A DNA stretch of 58,664 nucleotides, taken from positions 1 through 58,664 of the IMG/VR virus record IMGVR_UViG_3300025096_000019, one strand, 5' to 3'. This stretch comes from a virus (lineage: Duplodnaviria > Caudoviricetes). Below the pieces are notes generated by a model that worked only from the letters and a program-made list of their open reading frames with translations, did not search any database and was not told the DNA's origin. Position numbers and translations under genes: made by a program. Below are positions 18,336 to 28,953 of the stretch, piece by piece (position 1 is the first letter of the stretch; every line of letters starts with the position of its first letter).

Positions 18336-20031
18336 TCTCTGCCGATTTAGTGTCTTTTTTAACTTGACCGTTAGTGATGCCACTATCTAATGGTGGTGCT
18401 TCCATTGCACCTAATGGATTCATTGCATCTTCTTCCGTTCCTGGTGCCATCAATTCTCCTGTCATAGGATCAATCATATCAGGATCTGGAATAGTTCCAT
18501 CTGCAATCTCTTTTTCTATCTGCTCATCAATTTCTATAATCTCAGAATCAGTTTGACGAAGAATCTTCTTACGAACGTATTCGGCTGAATAATACTTACC
18601 AATATAAGGTTCAATGGTTGCAAGAGTACCTAAACGTTCATTTATTAATTCGGATTCTTTTAATTCTGCAAATTGATTATCATAAATCCAATCATACTGA
18701 ATATGATCACTTATAGTTTCCCAATCTTCTGGAGTAACAATATTTTTAAGAATCAATTGAGTCCTTAAAAAATCACTAAACATATTTGCAAATCTTTTTC
18801 TCAAACGACCTACAAACTTAGCAAACTTAAGTTCATCTCTTAGAATTTCTGATGAACGTCCTAAATTAAAACCACCATCATTAGCAATTCTTGATTCTGG
18901 AACGCTAAGTGCTCTATACAGTTTCTTCTGGAAGTACTCGATGTCAGCAAGTTCTCCAAGATTTTGTCCACCTGGAAGTGTTGTGATTTCAGTCCCTCTA
19001 CCACCTTCTCTTCTAGGTAACCAGAAATCTTCCATCATGGACATAAATTTCCGGTCATCCCTAACTTCACCTGTGGATGCATCGTAAACTAACTTATTAC
19101 GATAACGACTCATTACCTCTTTAAGGTATTGTTCTGCCTTAACTTTTGGTAAATTACCTACATCAATATAGAAAATTCTTCTTTCTGGTGCTCTTGATAA
19201 TCTGTAAATAACAAGACTATCCTCAATCATTCTTAACTGATTAAGTGCCTTAATTGCTTTATGAAGATATGAAAGACAAGTTCCCTTATTCCTATCAAAC
19301 AAACCAGAGGTTACATAACAGATAGAATCCTTTGCAATTTTAATTGCACCTTTATCTCCTCCACCACCACCAGCAGCAAACATTGTTGTTGGGAAATTTG
19401 GTTTTGGTGTATATACGTAATACTCGTCTATTTCGGGAGTTAAACTACCTCTCTTAAAATCAGAAGGACTTTGAGGAGTGTTAGATCCAGATCCAATAAC
19501 AATATCATTTTTCTTTTTCTTCTTTTCCTGTCTAACAAATTTAATCTTCATGGGATTAATATATCTAATCTCTTTAATCCCATCTGATGGTTTTTTAACG
19601 TCGATTACTTTCATGTAATACAAACGTCCATCCACATACCAATTTCTAAAAATTTCGTGTGCTTTTTTATCAAAATCCATCATTTCTTTGATGGATTTAA
19701 ATTCTTCCCTAATCTTTTCTTTTACTTTATCACTAGCATTAACATTAGAAAGTTCAATCTCAATTGGTGAATCGTATAGATCACTAACGAGTGCTTCATT
19801 AACAACATCTTCAATTGCAGCATCAGCTTCGGGATGGATTGCCATCTCACGATACCGACGCATTAAATCGTATTCGGTTCTATAAACACCTTCAATGTCT
19901 ACATATTGACCATAGAAACCACTAGAAATATAATTATCAACCCCGTCCTCATTAGACTGAGGTACGGGGGATATAACTGAAGGTGACTTTTTCTCCTTAT
20001 CTGATATAGAGAATCCAAAAAGCTTAGGCAT
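18331..20031 (-). CDS. gp20: Portal vertex protein
   Basis: WYVDGR, LSYLHKAIK, RAPERRIFYIDVGNLP, EDFWLPRREGGRGTEI. Confidence 0.99.
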   Translation of the reverse strand: MPKLFGFSISDKEKKSPSVISPVPQSNEDGVDNYISSGFYGQYVDIEGVYRTEYDLMRRYREMAIHPEADAAIEDVVNEALVSDLYDSPIEIELSNVNASDKVKEKIREEFKSIKEMMDFDKKAHEIFRNWYVDGRLYYMKVIDVKKPSDGIKEIRYINPMKIKFVRQEKKKKKNDIVIGSGSNTPQSPSDFKRGSLTPEIDEYYVYTPKPNFPTTMFAAGGGGGDKGAIKIAKDSICYVTSGLFDRNKGTCLSYLHKAIKALNQLRMIEDSLVIYRLSRAPERRIFYIDVGNLPKVKAEQYLKEVMSRYRNKLVYDASTGEVRDDRKFMSMMEDFWLPRREGGRGTEITTLPGGQNLGELADIEYFQKKLYRALSVPESRIANDGGFNLGRSSEILRDELKFAKFVGRLRKRFANMFSDFLRTQLILKNIVTPEDWETISDHIQYDWIYDNQFAELKESELINERLGTLATIEPYIGKYYSAEYVRKKILRQTDSEIIEIDEQIEKEIADGTIPDPDMIDPMTGELMAPGTEEDAMNPLGAMEAPPLDSGITNGQVKKDTKSAEI

Positions 20032-20051
20032 AGTATAAACGTTTTCCTACT

Positions 20052-20069
20052 ATTATAGCACTATTTATT
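20052..20069 (-). promoter_or_regulatory. Late promoter plus extended -10 upstream of gp20
   Basis: AATAAATA at 20062-20069 followed by TG-c-TATAAT at 20052-20060. Confidence 0.65.
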
Positions 20070-20655
20070 AGGAAATGCTCTCGCCTCCTGCGTTAGCACC
20101 AACTCCCTTAAGTGATTCCCAGTAAAGAACTTGTAGTTCTACTGTAAATTCTTCGACGGTATCCACTGTTTCATAAGATAAATCCATCTGACTAATGTTA
20201 GTTGGAAAAATATCAAAGAACTTATATGTCCTTAAAGTAGATCCATCACGATCTAATTGGTGAACATAAGCATCTTCTTGATATTCAGCAGGATCATTAA
20301 ATCCTGTTGCATCAGATAATCTGTTGATAACATTCATCCACTTTTCAAAAGCAGAACGAATTGCGAAATCAGTGTCATTGATAATAGTAACAGTCCATGT
20401 ATCGAATGTTCTATCACCAGCAATCTTTAAGATTCTGCCTCTAAAATTAACATCAATTGGTGTTATATTAGAAGCAGGAAGAGCTGCTGCCTTAACCAAA
20501 AATCTTGACTTCTCCTTAACATCATTATCGATAGAAATCGAATCAGGAAAAGCAAGTTCTACCTCAAATAGATTCGGTCTTGCACCACCACCTGTAAGCT
20601 TACTTTTAAAATCAGTAATCTTCCGTAATGGTGGCCTATTAAATTGAGTTGCCAT
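20068..20655 (-). CDS. gp19: Tail tube protein
   Basis: GGARPNLFEV, FRGRILKIAGDRTF, WTVTIIND, EEFTVE. Confidence 0.97.
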   Translation of the reverse strand: MATQFNRPPLRKITDFKSKLTGGGARPNLFEVELAFPDSISIDNDVKEKSRFLVKAAALPASNITPIDVNFRGRILKIAGDRTFDTWTVTIINDTDFAIRSAFEKWMNVINRLSDATGFNDPAEYQEDAYVHQLDRDGSTLRTYKFFDIFPTNISQMDLSYETVDTVEEFTVELQVLYWESLKGVGANAGGESIS

Positions 20656-20688
20656 AGCTTTTTATACCTTTATGTGTATGAGATAGAA

Positions 20689-22890
20689 TTAAACAGAACC
20701 AACTATCTCTTCGAATGACACACCAGTTCTGGTGGCAACGAAGGTTAGACCGATGAAGTTAATCGACCTTGCGGGTTTAACAAAGATGTCAGCCACAAAC
20801 TCATTGTTATCTATAATAGCAGCGGTGTTATTTGTCTCATCACAAATAACTCTGAAGTCATAGACACCTCTCTTGGCTTGAACATCACGGAGGAATGGTT
20901 CAACAATATTCACAAAGTTTGTCCTTGTGATCTCATCGTTGAATTCAAACATCTGATCTCTTGCAGCAGCAGAGATTGCATTTTCGAGGTAGATAAACAA
21001 TCTACGAACATTAATACGATCGAATGCGGATGCTTTTGCATATCCTGTCTTATCACCGAAGAGGATAATTCCACCACCTGGTGAGAAAATAATTGGATTA
21101 ACTCTATTAGAGTACAACTTATCCCTTTGAACCTGGGAAGGATTGTATGCTAATTTCACTGCATTCAGAATTCCACCTCTTGCAGTTCCTGCTGGTGAGA
21201 ACCAGGGGAAGTTGTTAATATCATTTCTAGCACATGTACCAGCGATATCTCCATTTAATGGGATATAACGGAATACATCTGAGAATCTATCATACATGTA
21301 CTTGTATCCACTATCGAATACAGCGTAAGTAGAAGATGTAACAGGAGCATAGAATGAAAGTACATTATCAGTAATATCTGATGCGGAACCTATAGTACCT
21401 GTTCCGGCAGAAGTATCATTGATAAATGCAGTCCTATAAGGTGAGATGAATGCAATAGCATCCTTTCTAAGTTCTGCAACAGCAATTAACTTATTAGCAA
21501 GTGCTTGTGCAGTTTCCTTAGTGTGATTAGCAGCTCCCATAAGAAGGAAATCTGCTTGATACTGATCCTTATCTTCAAATAGTTCATATCCAGAAGATAG
21601 ACCAGCCAATGTAGTTGTTAATGAACCAGAAACACCGATTCCAACTGCACCACCGTAATCTAATCCACCTGCAAGGGTTAGGGTGTTATTTCCGACTACA
21701 CCAAAGTCGAGTCCATTTGCATGACCATCATCTGTTGTTTGATCCCAACCATTATCAGCGTTAAGAGTAAATCCAGAACTATAACCACTATTTACAATTG
21801 TTCCAGGGTTAGTACCACCAAAGATGAATTCAGAATTCGTTGCAAGGAATTTTCTCCAATAAGAAGGAGATCCTACTGAGAATTCGGCATCAGTTGCTTT
21901 GGATAGTGAAGTATGCTTTTCAAGGAGTGTACCAGAATTTCCAGTAACAAGTCCCTTATCATCATAAACAACAACATGAACTTCGTCATTTCTTGCTCCT
22001 CTTGCAGCAGCAAAGGATGAAGTACCAGGACGATCTGCAATTTGATTCCAATTAACTATTGAATTAGTTAATGTAATTGATTGCTGATCAAACCAATCTT
22101 CTTGCGAAGTATATGTTGTTGATGCATATGAAACTGCCTGTCCACTAGTGTGAATAGCAACACTACCAGTAGAAGAGAATGCATACACACCAGATGGTTG
22201 ATAATCCTTTTCAGTCTCAACACCAGCAGCACTAACATGAGATAGTACTTTAACACCTATCTTATTATTACCAGTATCAACTTCGGTAACAATACCTTTT
22301 AGGTATCCATCAAGTAGTGATGTTGATCCAGCACCAGGAAGAACAGAAGAAATTGCTTGAGTTACACCGTAACCAACTGCTACTGCGGCACCACCTTCAG
22401 GTGAAGCAGCATCTATTCCCATTATTGTTTGATCTACCTTACCATCAATAACAGCAACTTTAATGCCATTTGACCAAGATCCTGGGTTCTTAGCAGCAAC
22501 TGCTACTCCGGTAATGATATTCTCATCATAACCTTTATTATTATAATCATCTACACTGTTAATTGATATACTAGTAGCAGCACCAGCGGCTGTTCCAGCA
22601 AAACCATTTTTAAAGTCGTCATCACTTGCTCTTACGACTCTTAGTGGGCCACCATAAGAAAGAAACGACGCAGCGGTCATCCAATACTCATAATGCTTAT
22701 CTGTGGGTTGTGGTTCTCCAAAGTTGTCCAATAAATCTTGTTCGTTCTCAACAAGTACTGGGACATTAACTGGTCCTTTGGTAAATGGTCCGACAATAGC
22801 ACCAACCTTCTCGGATGCTGTGTCAACCCTACCAATAGTTAAATCAACTTCTTTAACGACAATTCCAGGAGATGCTAAATTTAGTGGCAT
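20689..22890 (-). CDS. gp18: Tail sheath protein
   Basis: SPGIVVKEVDLT, PWFSPAG, AFDRINVRRLF, FEFND, KPARSINFI. Confidence 0.98.
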   Translation of the reverse strand: MPLNLASPGIVVKEVDLTIGRVDTASEKVGAIVGPFTKGPVNVPVLVENEQDLLDNFGEPQPTDKHYEYWMTAASFLSYGGPLRVVRASDDDFKNGFAGTAAGAATSISINSVDDYNNKGYDENIITGVAVAAKNPGSWSNGIKVAVIDGKVDQTIMGIDAASPEGGAAVAVGYGVTQAISSVLPGAGSTSLLDGYLKGIVTEVDTGNNKIGVKVLSHVSAAGVETEKDYQPSGVYAFSSTGSVAIHTSGQAVSYASTTYTSQEDWFDQQSITLTNSIVNWNQIADRPGTSSFAAARGARNDEVHVVVYDDKGLVTGNSGTLLEKHTSLSKATDAEFSVGSPSYWRKFLATNSEFIFGGTNPGTIVNSGYSSGFTLNADNGWDQTTDDGHANGLDFGVVGNNTLTLAGGLDYGGAVGIGVSGSLTTTLAGLSSGYELFEDKDQYQADFLLMGAANHTKETAQALANKLIAVAELRKDAIAFISPYRTAFINDTSAGTGTIGSASDITDNVLSFYAPVTSSTYAVFDSGYKYMYDRFSDVFRYIPLNGDIAGTCARNDINNFPWFSPAGTARGGILNAVKLAYNPSQVQRDKLYSNRVNPIIFSPGGGIILFGDKTGYAKASAFDRINVRRLFIYLENAISAAARDQMFEFNDEITRTNFVNIVEPFLRDVQAKRGVYDFRVICDETNNTAAIIDNNEFVADIFVKPARSINFIGLTFVATRTGVSFEEIVGSV

Positions 22891-22925
22891 CTTTTTACTC
22901 TCCGGTTCTCAGGATATTCTGAAAT

Positions 22926-22933
22926 TATTTATT
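22926..22933 (-). promoter_or_regulatory. Late promoter for gp18-gp19
   Basis: Intergenic AATAAATA. Confidence 0.75.
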
Positions 22934-22955
22934 AAAATACCCATTTTCATGTAGT

Positions 22956-24602
22956 CTACATGTAGTCCCACATATAAGATCTATCCCCATATTCGTCCGT
23001 ATGCCACCTATCTCCATTCGAATCTACAAAACTTTCTGTCTCTAATCCAGTCTGAATAAACCCAAATGGTGCCATATCTTGTTCGATTTGATTTCTCTGT
23101 TCTTCATATATTCTTTTACGAACATCATTGTCCGTCATCTCCTTAAAATAATCCTGAGCACATAGCCAAGCAAATATAACTAAACACATTGCCAAATCAT
23201 CATTACATCCTTCTTCTGCCTCAAACGAATTATGTTTTTGTGAAAAAGTTGTTAATTCTGAAATGATGTCATAGTCCACTGTGGTTATCTTATCATCCTC
23301 AACTAAGGTTTTTAGATTACTACATCCCAGTTTCTTAACTGCTGCCGTTGTTCTAACACCAAGTTGAGATTTCTTACCACTAAATCCAGATCCAACTATC
23401 TGCCCATTACGTCCTCTCATAGAACACATAAGAACATTTTCATATTCAAGATCATATTGAAGAATACTTGCTACCTGATCTCCAATATCATTAACTTCTA
23501 TTAACAAATATGCTTCATTATATCCCTTTGCTACATCATGAATGATATTTGGGAATAACATTGGTTTAATTTCATTATTCCTATACTTAGCAACTACCTT
23601 ATATGGAAACTCGGTAATATCAAATACAACGAATGCGGAATAATCATTACCTAATCCTCTGGCAACGTCTACCGTAATAATATAATTATGTTCATCCTTT
23701 GCATTTTCATGTATATCAAGACCCGCATTTTTTAGGAGAGGTTCTTCATATACAAGATTTCTTAATTTACTAGGAGCAATTAGTGTATTAACCGAACCTA
23801 AGAACTCACATTCAAACTCAACCTTAAACTGTTGTTCGGAAGTATTGGCAATAGTTTGCTCTCTCCAAACAGAATCTCTACCAGGAACTTCACTCCAATG
23901 AACTTCCGTAGGACAATATTCATTTTTACCACGTTCAGCATCATGCCATAGACGATAAAAATGATTCATACCCCTAGGGGTAGATACAATAATTACTTTA
24001 GTACTTTGTCCAGACGAGATAGTAGGATAAACAGAGGCAAAGAAGTCATCAGCAATGTGATTCGGGATGAACGCGAACTCGTCAAGAAAGATGACATTAT
24101 AGGATCCGCCTCGGACAGCAGATGAAGAAGTAGAGTTTGACGATATTTTAGACCCATTTTCCAACTCCAATGATCCTTTGTTCCAGGATATTATACCCTG
24201 TTGCATCCAATTAGGTAGATTTTCATATGCAAGTTGTAATCTGCCAAGTAAATCTCTAGCCGTGGATGCTTTGTTTGCCAGAATCGCAATATTGACATTA
24301 TCATTAAAAACAGCGTAATGTAATAAGTATGACACACATGTGGTAGATTTACCAGTCTGACGTGGCATTTTGCAAATATTAAATCTTTCGTTATGAAAAT
24401 TACTAATTAATTTCTCTTGGAATGGGTAAAGATTAAAAGGAACTAAACCTTCATCCAAAGAAACAATCTTAATATAATTCTTAGCAAAGTATACTGGATC
24501 CTTCTTACATTTAATAAATTCAATAACTTGCTCTTCTGTAAATTCATGAGCAGTATTTGCTTTTTTTAAATTGGGATTACCAAGATATATCTGATCAGAC
24601 AT
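22956..24602 (-). CDS. gp17: Terminase large subunit
   Basis: YLGNPNLK, PRQTGKST, FLDEFAF, VSTPRG, DVARG, DDLAM; no intein or intron seen. Confidence 0.98.
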   Translation of the reverse strand: MSDQIYLGNPNLKKANTAHEFTEEQVIEFIKCKKDPVYFAKNYIKIVSLDEGLVPFNLYPFQEKLISNFHNERFNICKMPRQTGKSTTCVSYLLHYAVFNDNVNIAILANKASTARDLLGRLQLAYENLPNWMQQGIISWNKGSLELENGSKISSNSTSSSAVRGGSYNVIFLDEFAFIPNHIADDFFASVYPTISSGQSTKVIIVSTPRGMNHFYRLWHDAERGKNEYCPTEVHWSEVPGRDSVWREQTIANTSEQQFKVEFECEFLGSVNTLIAPSKLRNLVYEEPLLKNAGLDIHENAKDEHNYIITVDVARGLGNDYSAFVVFDITEFPYKVVAKYRNNEIKPMLFPNIIHDVAKGYNEAYLLIEVNDIGDQVASILQYDLEYENVLMCSMRGRNGQIVGSGFSGKKSQLGVRTTAAVKKLGCSNLKTLVEDDKITTVDYDIISELTTFSQKHNSFEAEEGCNDDLAMCLVIFAWLCAQDYFKEMTDNDVRKRIYEEQRNQIEQDMAPFGFIQTGLETESFVDSNGDRWHTDEYGDRSYMWDYM

Positions 24603-24756
24603 CCAGTTCCCTCCTCCAATCTGAGAATTCTGCTCCCTTTACCTCAGTTGGAACAATTCTATCAGGTTTAATAACATCAATGACTTCAAATGCAAGATTA
24701 CCATCAACATCTTCTATCTTAATACTATCTTCTTCCCAAGGTGTGTTATTTGTCAT
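24595..24756 (-). CDS. Small acidic protein (53 aa) between gp16 and gp17
   Basis: Not in ORF track. MTNNTPWEEDSIKIEDVDGNLAFEVIDVIKPDRIVPTEVKGAEFSDWRRELDV; overlaps both neighbours. Confidence 0.7.
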   Translation of the reverse strand: MTNNTPWEEDSIKIEDVDGNLAFEVIDVIKPDRIVPTEVKGAEFSDWRRELDV

Positions 24757-25165
24757 TATTCAAAATCCCATCTTTAAGCATTTTAGAAAGATCTGATGTC
24801 GATCCAACAAAAACTGCATTGTTGGTAATATTACTAGGTCCCTTAGATACTTCTTCATCAACTTCCTTTACCTTCTTTTGAAGATCCATTAACTTATCTG
24901 TTGTATCAGCAACTGACTTAATAATCTGTCCAGCAACTTCATATGCTCTTGGACTTGCACTCTCACCAGCAAGTTCCATTATACCATTAAGAGTCTCTTG
25001 ACCCTTTTCTATTAATGAATATAAATTTGCACGAGTATACTCATAATCTTTCTGAATCTCAGCAGGTTTCTCTGCAGTAACACCAACTATCGTAGATTGT
25101 TTATCTACTTCAATAATACTACTCTCTATGTTTAGAGCTTTATCAATAGGATCATAACTAGACAT
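24746..25165 (-). CDS. gp16: Terminase small subunit
   Basis: DYEYTRANLY, SPRAYEVAGQ, NNAVFVGST. Confidence 0.95.
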   Translation of the reverse strand: MSSYDPIDKALNIESSIIEVDKQSTIVGVTAEKPAEIQKDYEYTRANLYSLIEKGQETLNGIMELAGESASPRAYEVAGQIIKSVADTTDKLMDLQKKVKEVDEEVSKGPSNITNNAVFVGSTSDLSKMLKDGILNNDK

Positions 25166-25170
25166 GGTTC

Positions 25171-26220
25171 TTAAATATCAGTTTGTCTTGTTGGACTATA
25201 ATCTAATCCATCATTAAAGTCTGTAATTGCGCCATTAAATCCGAAATCATCATCTGGTTCTACTAATATATCATCTGCTGCACTGAGGAGATCTATTGAT
25301 GTATTTTCTAAATGAGATATGGCAGTACTACCATCATGACCCCTCTTAACAGCAATAGTTGTAGCATCGATAATCTCTTTTATCTGCATAATTTCACTAC
25401 CAATAATAATTCGATTATTAACTGCAAAGTTAGAAGAATCTGTAACTGATAATCTAACCTTAGTTTTAGTAATTGCCTCACTCAATACAGAAGTGTTATC
25501 ATCATTATAATCTTTGAGTGCCTTAGGAGTAGCAGTATATCTTAACTGTCTTCTTGCATTTTCCCTATCAACACTACTATAGTAATCAACTTGAACCTTC
25601 TTAATAAGACCCTCAGTAGTATCAGCAACCGGACCAAACAGATAAGTCTTAGCAGTAAAATTAAGTGTATAAATTAAAGCACGTCTTGAAGAATAATCTC
25701 CTTCATAATCATCTTGAAAAGAAATATTCTCCAATACAACAGGAATATCCCTCTTTTCTCCAATCGCATCAACTAAATCAACAGTTAGATTAAATGATGG
25801 TTGGAAGTATGGAAGTATCTGCTCCACGATTTGTAATGCATCATCATTCAATTTTACCATAATATTTAATTCAAATCCAACATTATAAGGAACTGGCATA
25901 TAAACCTTTCTCAAATTTGTTCCATCAGATGCCTTAAATGTTTGAGTTACCCCAGCCTTTCTTGTTGGATCATATGAAATATCAGTAGTCTCAAATGACA
26001 TTCTTGGTAATGTTATCTGAACTGCTTTATTTAAGTCTGCTTGCTGCTCTAACCTTGCTAAAAACTTCTGCATTGGACCATATGCCAATGGCACTCGCAA
26101 ATCACTTACAACATTAGTTCCACCAGAATCTGTATGTCTGATATGAATATCATTAAAAACAGTACCAAATGAGATAACTGTTCTTCTTAGAATTTCGTGA
26201 TAAAAATATGAGCCTAACAT
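25171..26220 (-). CDS. gp15: Tail sheath stabiliser/terminator with C-terminal extra domain
   Basis: FGTVFN, VPLAYGP, LPRMSFE, EQILPYFQP, DDYEGD. Confidence 0.94.
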   Translation of the reverse strand: MLGSYFYHEILRRTVISFGTVFNDIHIRHTDSGGTNVVSDLRVPLAYGPMQKFLARLEQQADLNKAVQITLPRMSFETTDISYDPTRKAGVTQTFKASDGTNLRKVYMPVPYNVGFELNIMVKLNDDALQIVEQILPYFQPSFNLTVDLVDAIGEKRDIPVVLENISFQDDYEGDYSSRRALIYTLNFTAKTYLFGPVADTTEGLIKKVQVDYYSSVDRENARRQLRYTATPKALKDYNDDNTSVLSEAITKTKVRLSVTDSSNFAVNNRIIIGSEIMQIKEIIDATTIAVKRGHDGSTAISHLENTSIDLLSAADDILVEPDDDFGFNGAITDFNDGLDYSPTRQTDI

Positions 26221-27872
26221 TAGTAAGTACCAAAGGGGTTAGATTGACTAAAATCTATGAAACTATCTGCTTCTGTTTCAATTTCGTCATTGGAATCATA
26301 GTTACTGTATGTATCTCTTCCATCATAAGTGCTGATAGTGTATGTAGTATTAGTTGAGATACCAAATGAAAATGTAGTTGTAACGCCAGAAGTATTCAGA
26401 GAGTCCTGACTCATCCACACAACACTAGGTCCAATAGCAGTTACAGTAGATCCTGCCCCTATAACATTTGCCAATGGAGTTTTTACTTCCTGATTAATAT
26501 AAAGATTTGTTGTAGTAATACCAGTAATCTTATTGGTAGTAACACCAACATATCCTCCATAACTATATTGTCGTCTAAACCAATTAGATTCAGTCGAAAT
26601 AAGAACTTCACCAGTTCTAAATCCAGTTCTTGTTGCTCCAATACCAACATCAGAAACTTTCAGAATCTTAGTGTCAGAATCCCAATCCTTAACTCTCGCT
26701 TCTGTAAGTGAAGATACACCTCTTACAATTTCATTAAACTGATATGTTCCAATTCCAGTTGCATCAGAAGGTGATGTAATAATAATAGATGGAACTTGTG
26801 TATAACCAATTCCTGGATTAGTAATTCTTATGGAAGAAACTTTATTATCTGCATTAACTACTGCTTCACCAGATGCCTTAGATGAACCAGAAATAAGAGC
26901 ATCACTACCAATACCAGTAATAGTAACAGTTGGAATTTCTCCATACCCAACTCCATTATTAGTAACAGTAAAGTTCTGAATACCTTTTGCAGTTGTTTCA
27001 ATAGAACATGTCGCGATTGCTCCAGTTCCATTGCCACCAACAATCGTAATAGTAGGTGGTGAAGTATATCCAGATCCAGAATTGGTCATTACAATCCTTT
27101 CTACTGATTGAACACCAGCTCTACTTGTAGTAATAGCAACAGCACTGGCATTAACACCACCAGCAGCTAGTGAAGTGGAAATTGCAACAGTTGGTGTTAT
27201 TGTATATCCACTTCCATCATTATTCAAGAAAATTTCTCGTATATACCCAGTGTTTGAAGTAAGAGTAGCAGTTGCTGCTGCAGTTGTACCAGATCCAATT
27301 AGATTGAGTGTAGTAATAAATCCAGTTTCTTGTACCTGAGTATCAATTTCATGAATATCAGTATCAATAACCTCATCTTCGTATTCAAAGAGTTCACATT
27401 TTAATTCATAAACATAATTCTTACCTAACTGGTAAAAAGGATTTTCATGCTCAACAAACTTAACTTCAAATAATCTACCACCTAATGGAAAATAAACTAA
27501 ATCCCCTTCACGAGGTCTAGTATCTACTTCAATCTCATCATCAGGTAAGGCAGTCAAAAAGGCACCAATGAAATCTTCAAATCTTTCTTTTGAAATTGTT
27601 ATAGTTAATTCATCCTTTAAATTCATTCCAAACTTTGTTAGAATATCTCCCTGTCCACCATACCCATCAAAGGTATTAACATATGCTTCTATTGAAAAAT
27701 TATCATCAAACTTGGACGCTTGAACCTCTTCAATTACTGTTTTTTTATTTACATACTTTCTTGGGATATAGGTTACTTCAACACCATAAATCTGCAACTG
27801 CTCATTGATCAGATCTTGAACAAGCCTTTGCTCACTTTGTGCGCCTTGAAGAAAGAAGGGATTTAATGCCAT
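26220..27872 (-). CDS. gp14: Neck protein gp14 with inserted repeats
   Basis: RPREGDLVYFP, FEVKFVEHENPFYQLG, C-terminal DFSQSNPFG; internal GSGY-x3-P repeats. Confidence 0.93.
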   Translation of the reverse strand: MALNPFFLQGAQSEQRLVQDLINEQLQIYGVEVTYIPRKYVNKKTVIEEVQASKFDDNFSIEAYVNTFDGYGGQGDILTKFGMNLKDELTITISKERFEDFIGAFLTALPDDEIEVDTRPREGDLVYFPLGGRLFEVKFVEHENPFYQLGKNYVYELKCELFEYEDEVIDTDIHEIDTQVQETGFITTLNLIGSGTTAAATATLTSNTGYIREIFLNNDGSGYTITPTVAISTSLAAGGVNASAVAITTSRAGVQSVERIVMTNSGSGYTSPPTITIVGGNGTGAIATCSIETTAKGIQNFTVTNNGVGYGEIPTVTITGIGSDALISGSSKASGEAVVNADNKVSSIRITNPGIGYTQVPSIIITSPSDATGIGTYQFNEIVRGVSSLTEARVKDWDSDTKILKVSDVGIGATRTGFRTGEVLISTESNWFRRQYSYGGYVGVTTNKITGITTTNLYINQEVKTPLANVIGAGSTVTAIGPSVVWMSQDSLNTSGVTTTFSFGISTNTTYTISTYDGRDTYSNYDSNDEIETEADSFIDFSQSNPFGTY

Positions 27873-27876
27873 TAAA

Positions 27877-28734
27877 CTACCCTATAAAGTCATATGGAGG
27901 TAATTCATACTCTAATGACATTTGCTGTCGAAGAGCCTCTATATCTTTTTCAGCATCATCGTAAATTTCTCTACCATTCATTTCAATACCACCAGGCAAT
28001 TTAACACCCTTAAATTTAATAAGATTTTGTCCCCACTGACGTTTAATTAATAATGTTAGATATCTCTTTAAGAAACTATCATTATAAACACCAGTAAAAG
28101 TATTTGGATCCAAAATTCTATAACAATCCATCACAAAGTATGTATCTGTAGATTGAGCACCCCAATCAATATCCATATATAATCGATCTTGTCTTTTATT
28201 ATATCTAATTTGCTTATCAGGAGTTAGTAGGAAATCAATATCTTCCAAGTAACTCTTGGTCATTGCATATTGCATTAATTCAACCGAGTTAAAATAATAA
28301 AGATCATTTAAGAATAGTTGATACTTAATACTAAACATTCCACCAGAAATAGAACTAGTGTCGAATTTAAATATCTTCTCTATACCAATTACAGAATCTG
28401 GAACTTGTAAAAAATTAGAATTTTCATACCAATTACTTACTGTAGTACCATAACCAGCAATAGAAGTAGATGTTGCAGTAGTTGTTACTATACCAACAGT
28501 ATTTGTACTATCAGTATTATTAGTTGCTTTTCCCCTATCAATATCTGCCTGATTAACTCTATACTTAAGATACATTCTTTCAACACCATCAAAATGACGC
28601 TCTTGAAAATATTGAAGAGCATCATCTACGGCATCATCTACCTGATCATCATCAACATTAATTTCCAATACAGGAGCACCAAGCTTTCTTAAACAAAAGT
28701 CAATTAATTCTTGTCGGGTTGCTGGTTTTGCCAT
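27877..28734 (-). CDS. gp13: Neck protein gp13
   Basis: LRKLGAPVLEINV, QWGQNLIKF, LPGGIEMNG. Confidence 0.96.
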   Translation of the reverse strand: MAKPATRQELIDFCLRKLGAPVLEINVDDDQVDDAVDDALQYFQERHFDGVERMYLKYRVNQADIDRGKATNNTDSTNTVGIVTTTATSTSIAGYGTTVSNWYENSNFLQVPDSVIGIEKIFKFDTSSISGGMFSIKYQLFLNDLYYFNSVELMQYAMTKSYLEDIDFLLTPDKQIRYNKRQDRLYMDIDWGAQSTDTYFVMDCYRILDPNTFTGVYNDSFLKRYLTLLIKRQWGQNLIKFKGVKLPGGIEMNGREIYDDAEKDIEALRQQMSLEYELPPYDFIG

Positions 28735-28735
28735 G

Positions 28736-28948
28736 TTATTCGGGGTCTATGTCAGATAATAGATTGTCATATTTCTCTTGCAATTCTGCCTTTTCTTCTA
28801 AAATTTTGTTTTTTTCGTCGAAGAAGTCTTGTGCAATAGTATTCAGTTTTGCTTCTAAAAGCACATTTTGATTGGTTAATGATGTCAATTTTTGATTATA
28901 TACTTTAATTAAAACATTTACATCCACGTCACTATTCTGATTTGTCAT
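28736..28948 (-). CDS. Small coiled-coil protein (70 aa)
   Basis: YNQKL...QNVLLEAKL heptads; start at ATG 28948. Confidence 0.72.
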   Translation of the reverse strand: MTNQNSDVDVNVLIKVYNQKLTSLTNQNVLLEAKLNTIAQDFFDEKNKILEEKAELQEKYDNLLSDIDPE

Positions 28949-28953
28949 ATTTT

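Noticed and set aside
7389-24602. Possible introns, inteins or homing endonucleases in gp46, gp47, uvsW, gp20, gp23 and gp17
   Set aside because: All are continuous and of normal length; no LAGLIDADG, HNH, GIY-YIG or intein splice motifs were seen.
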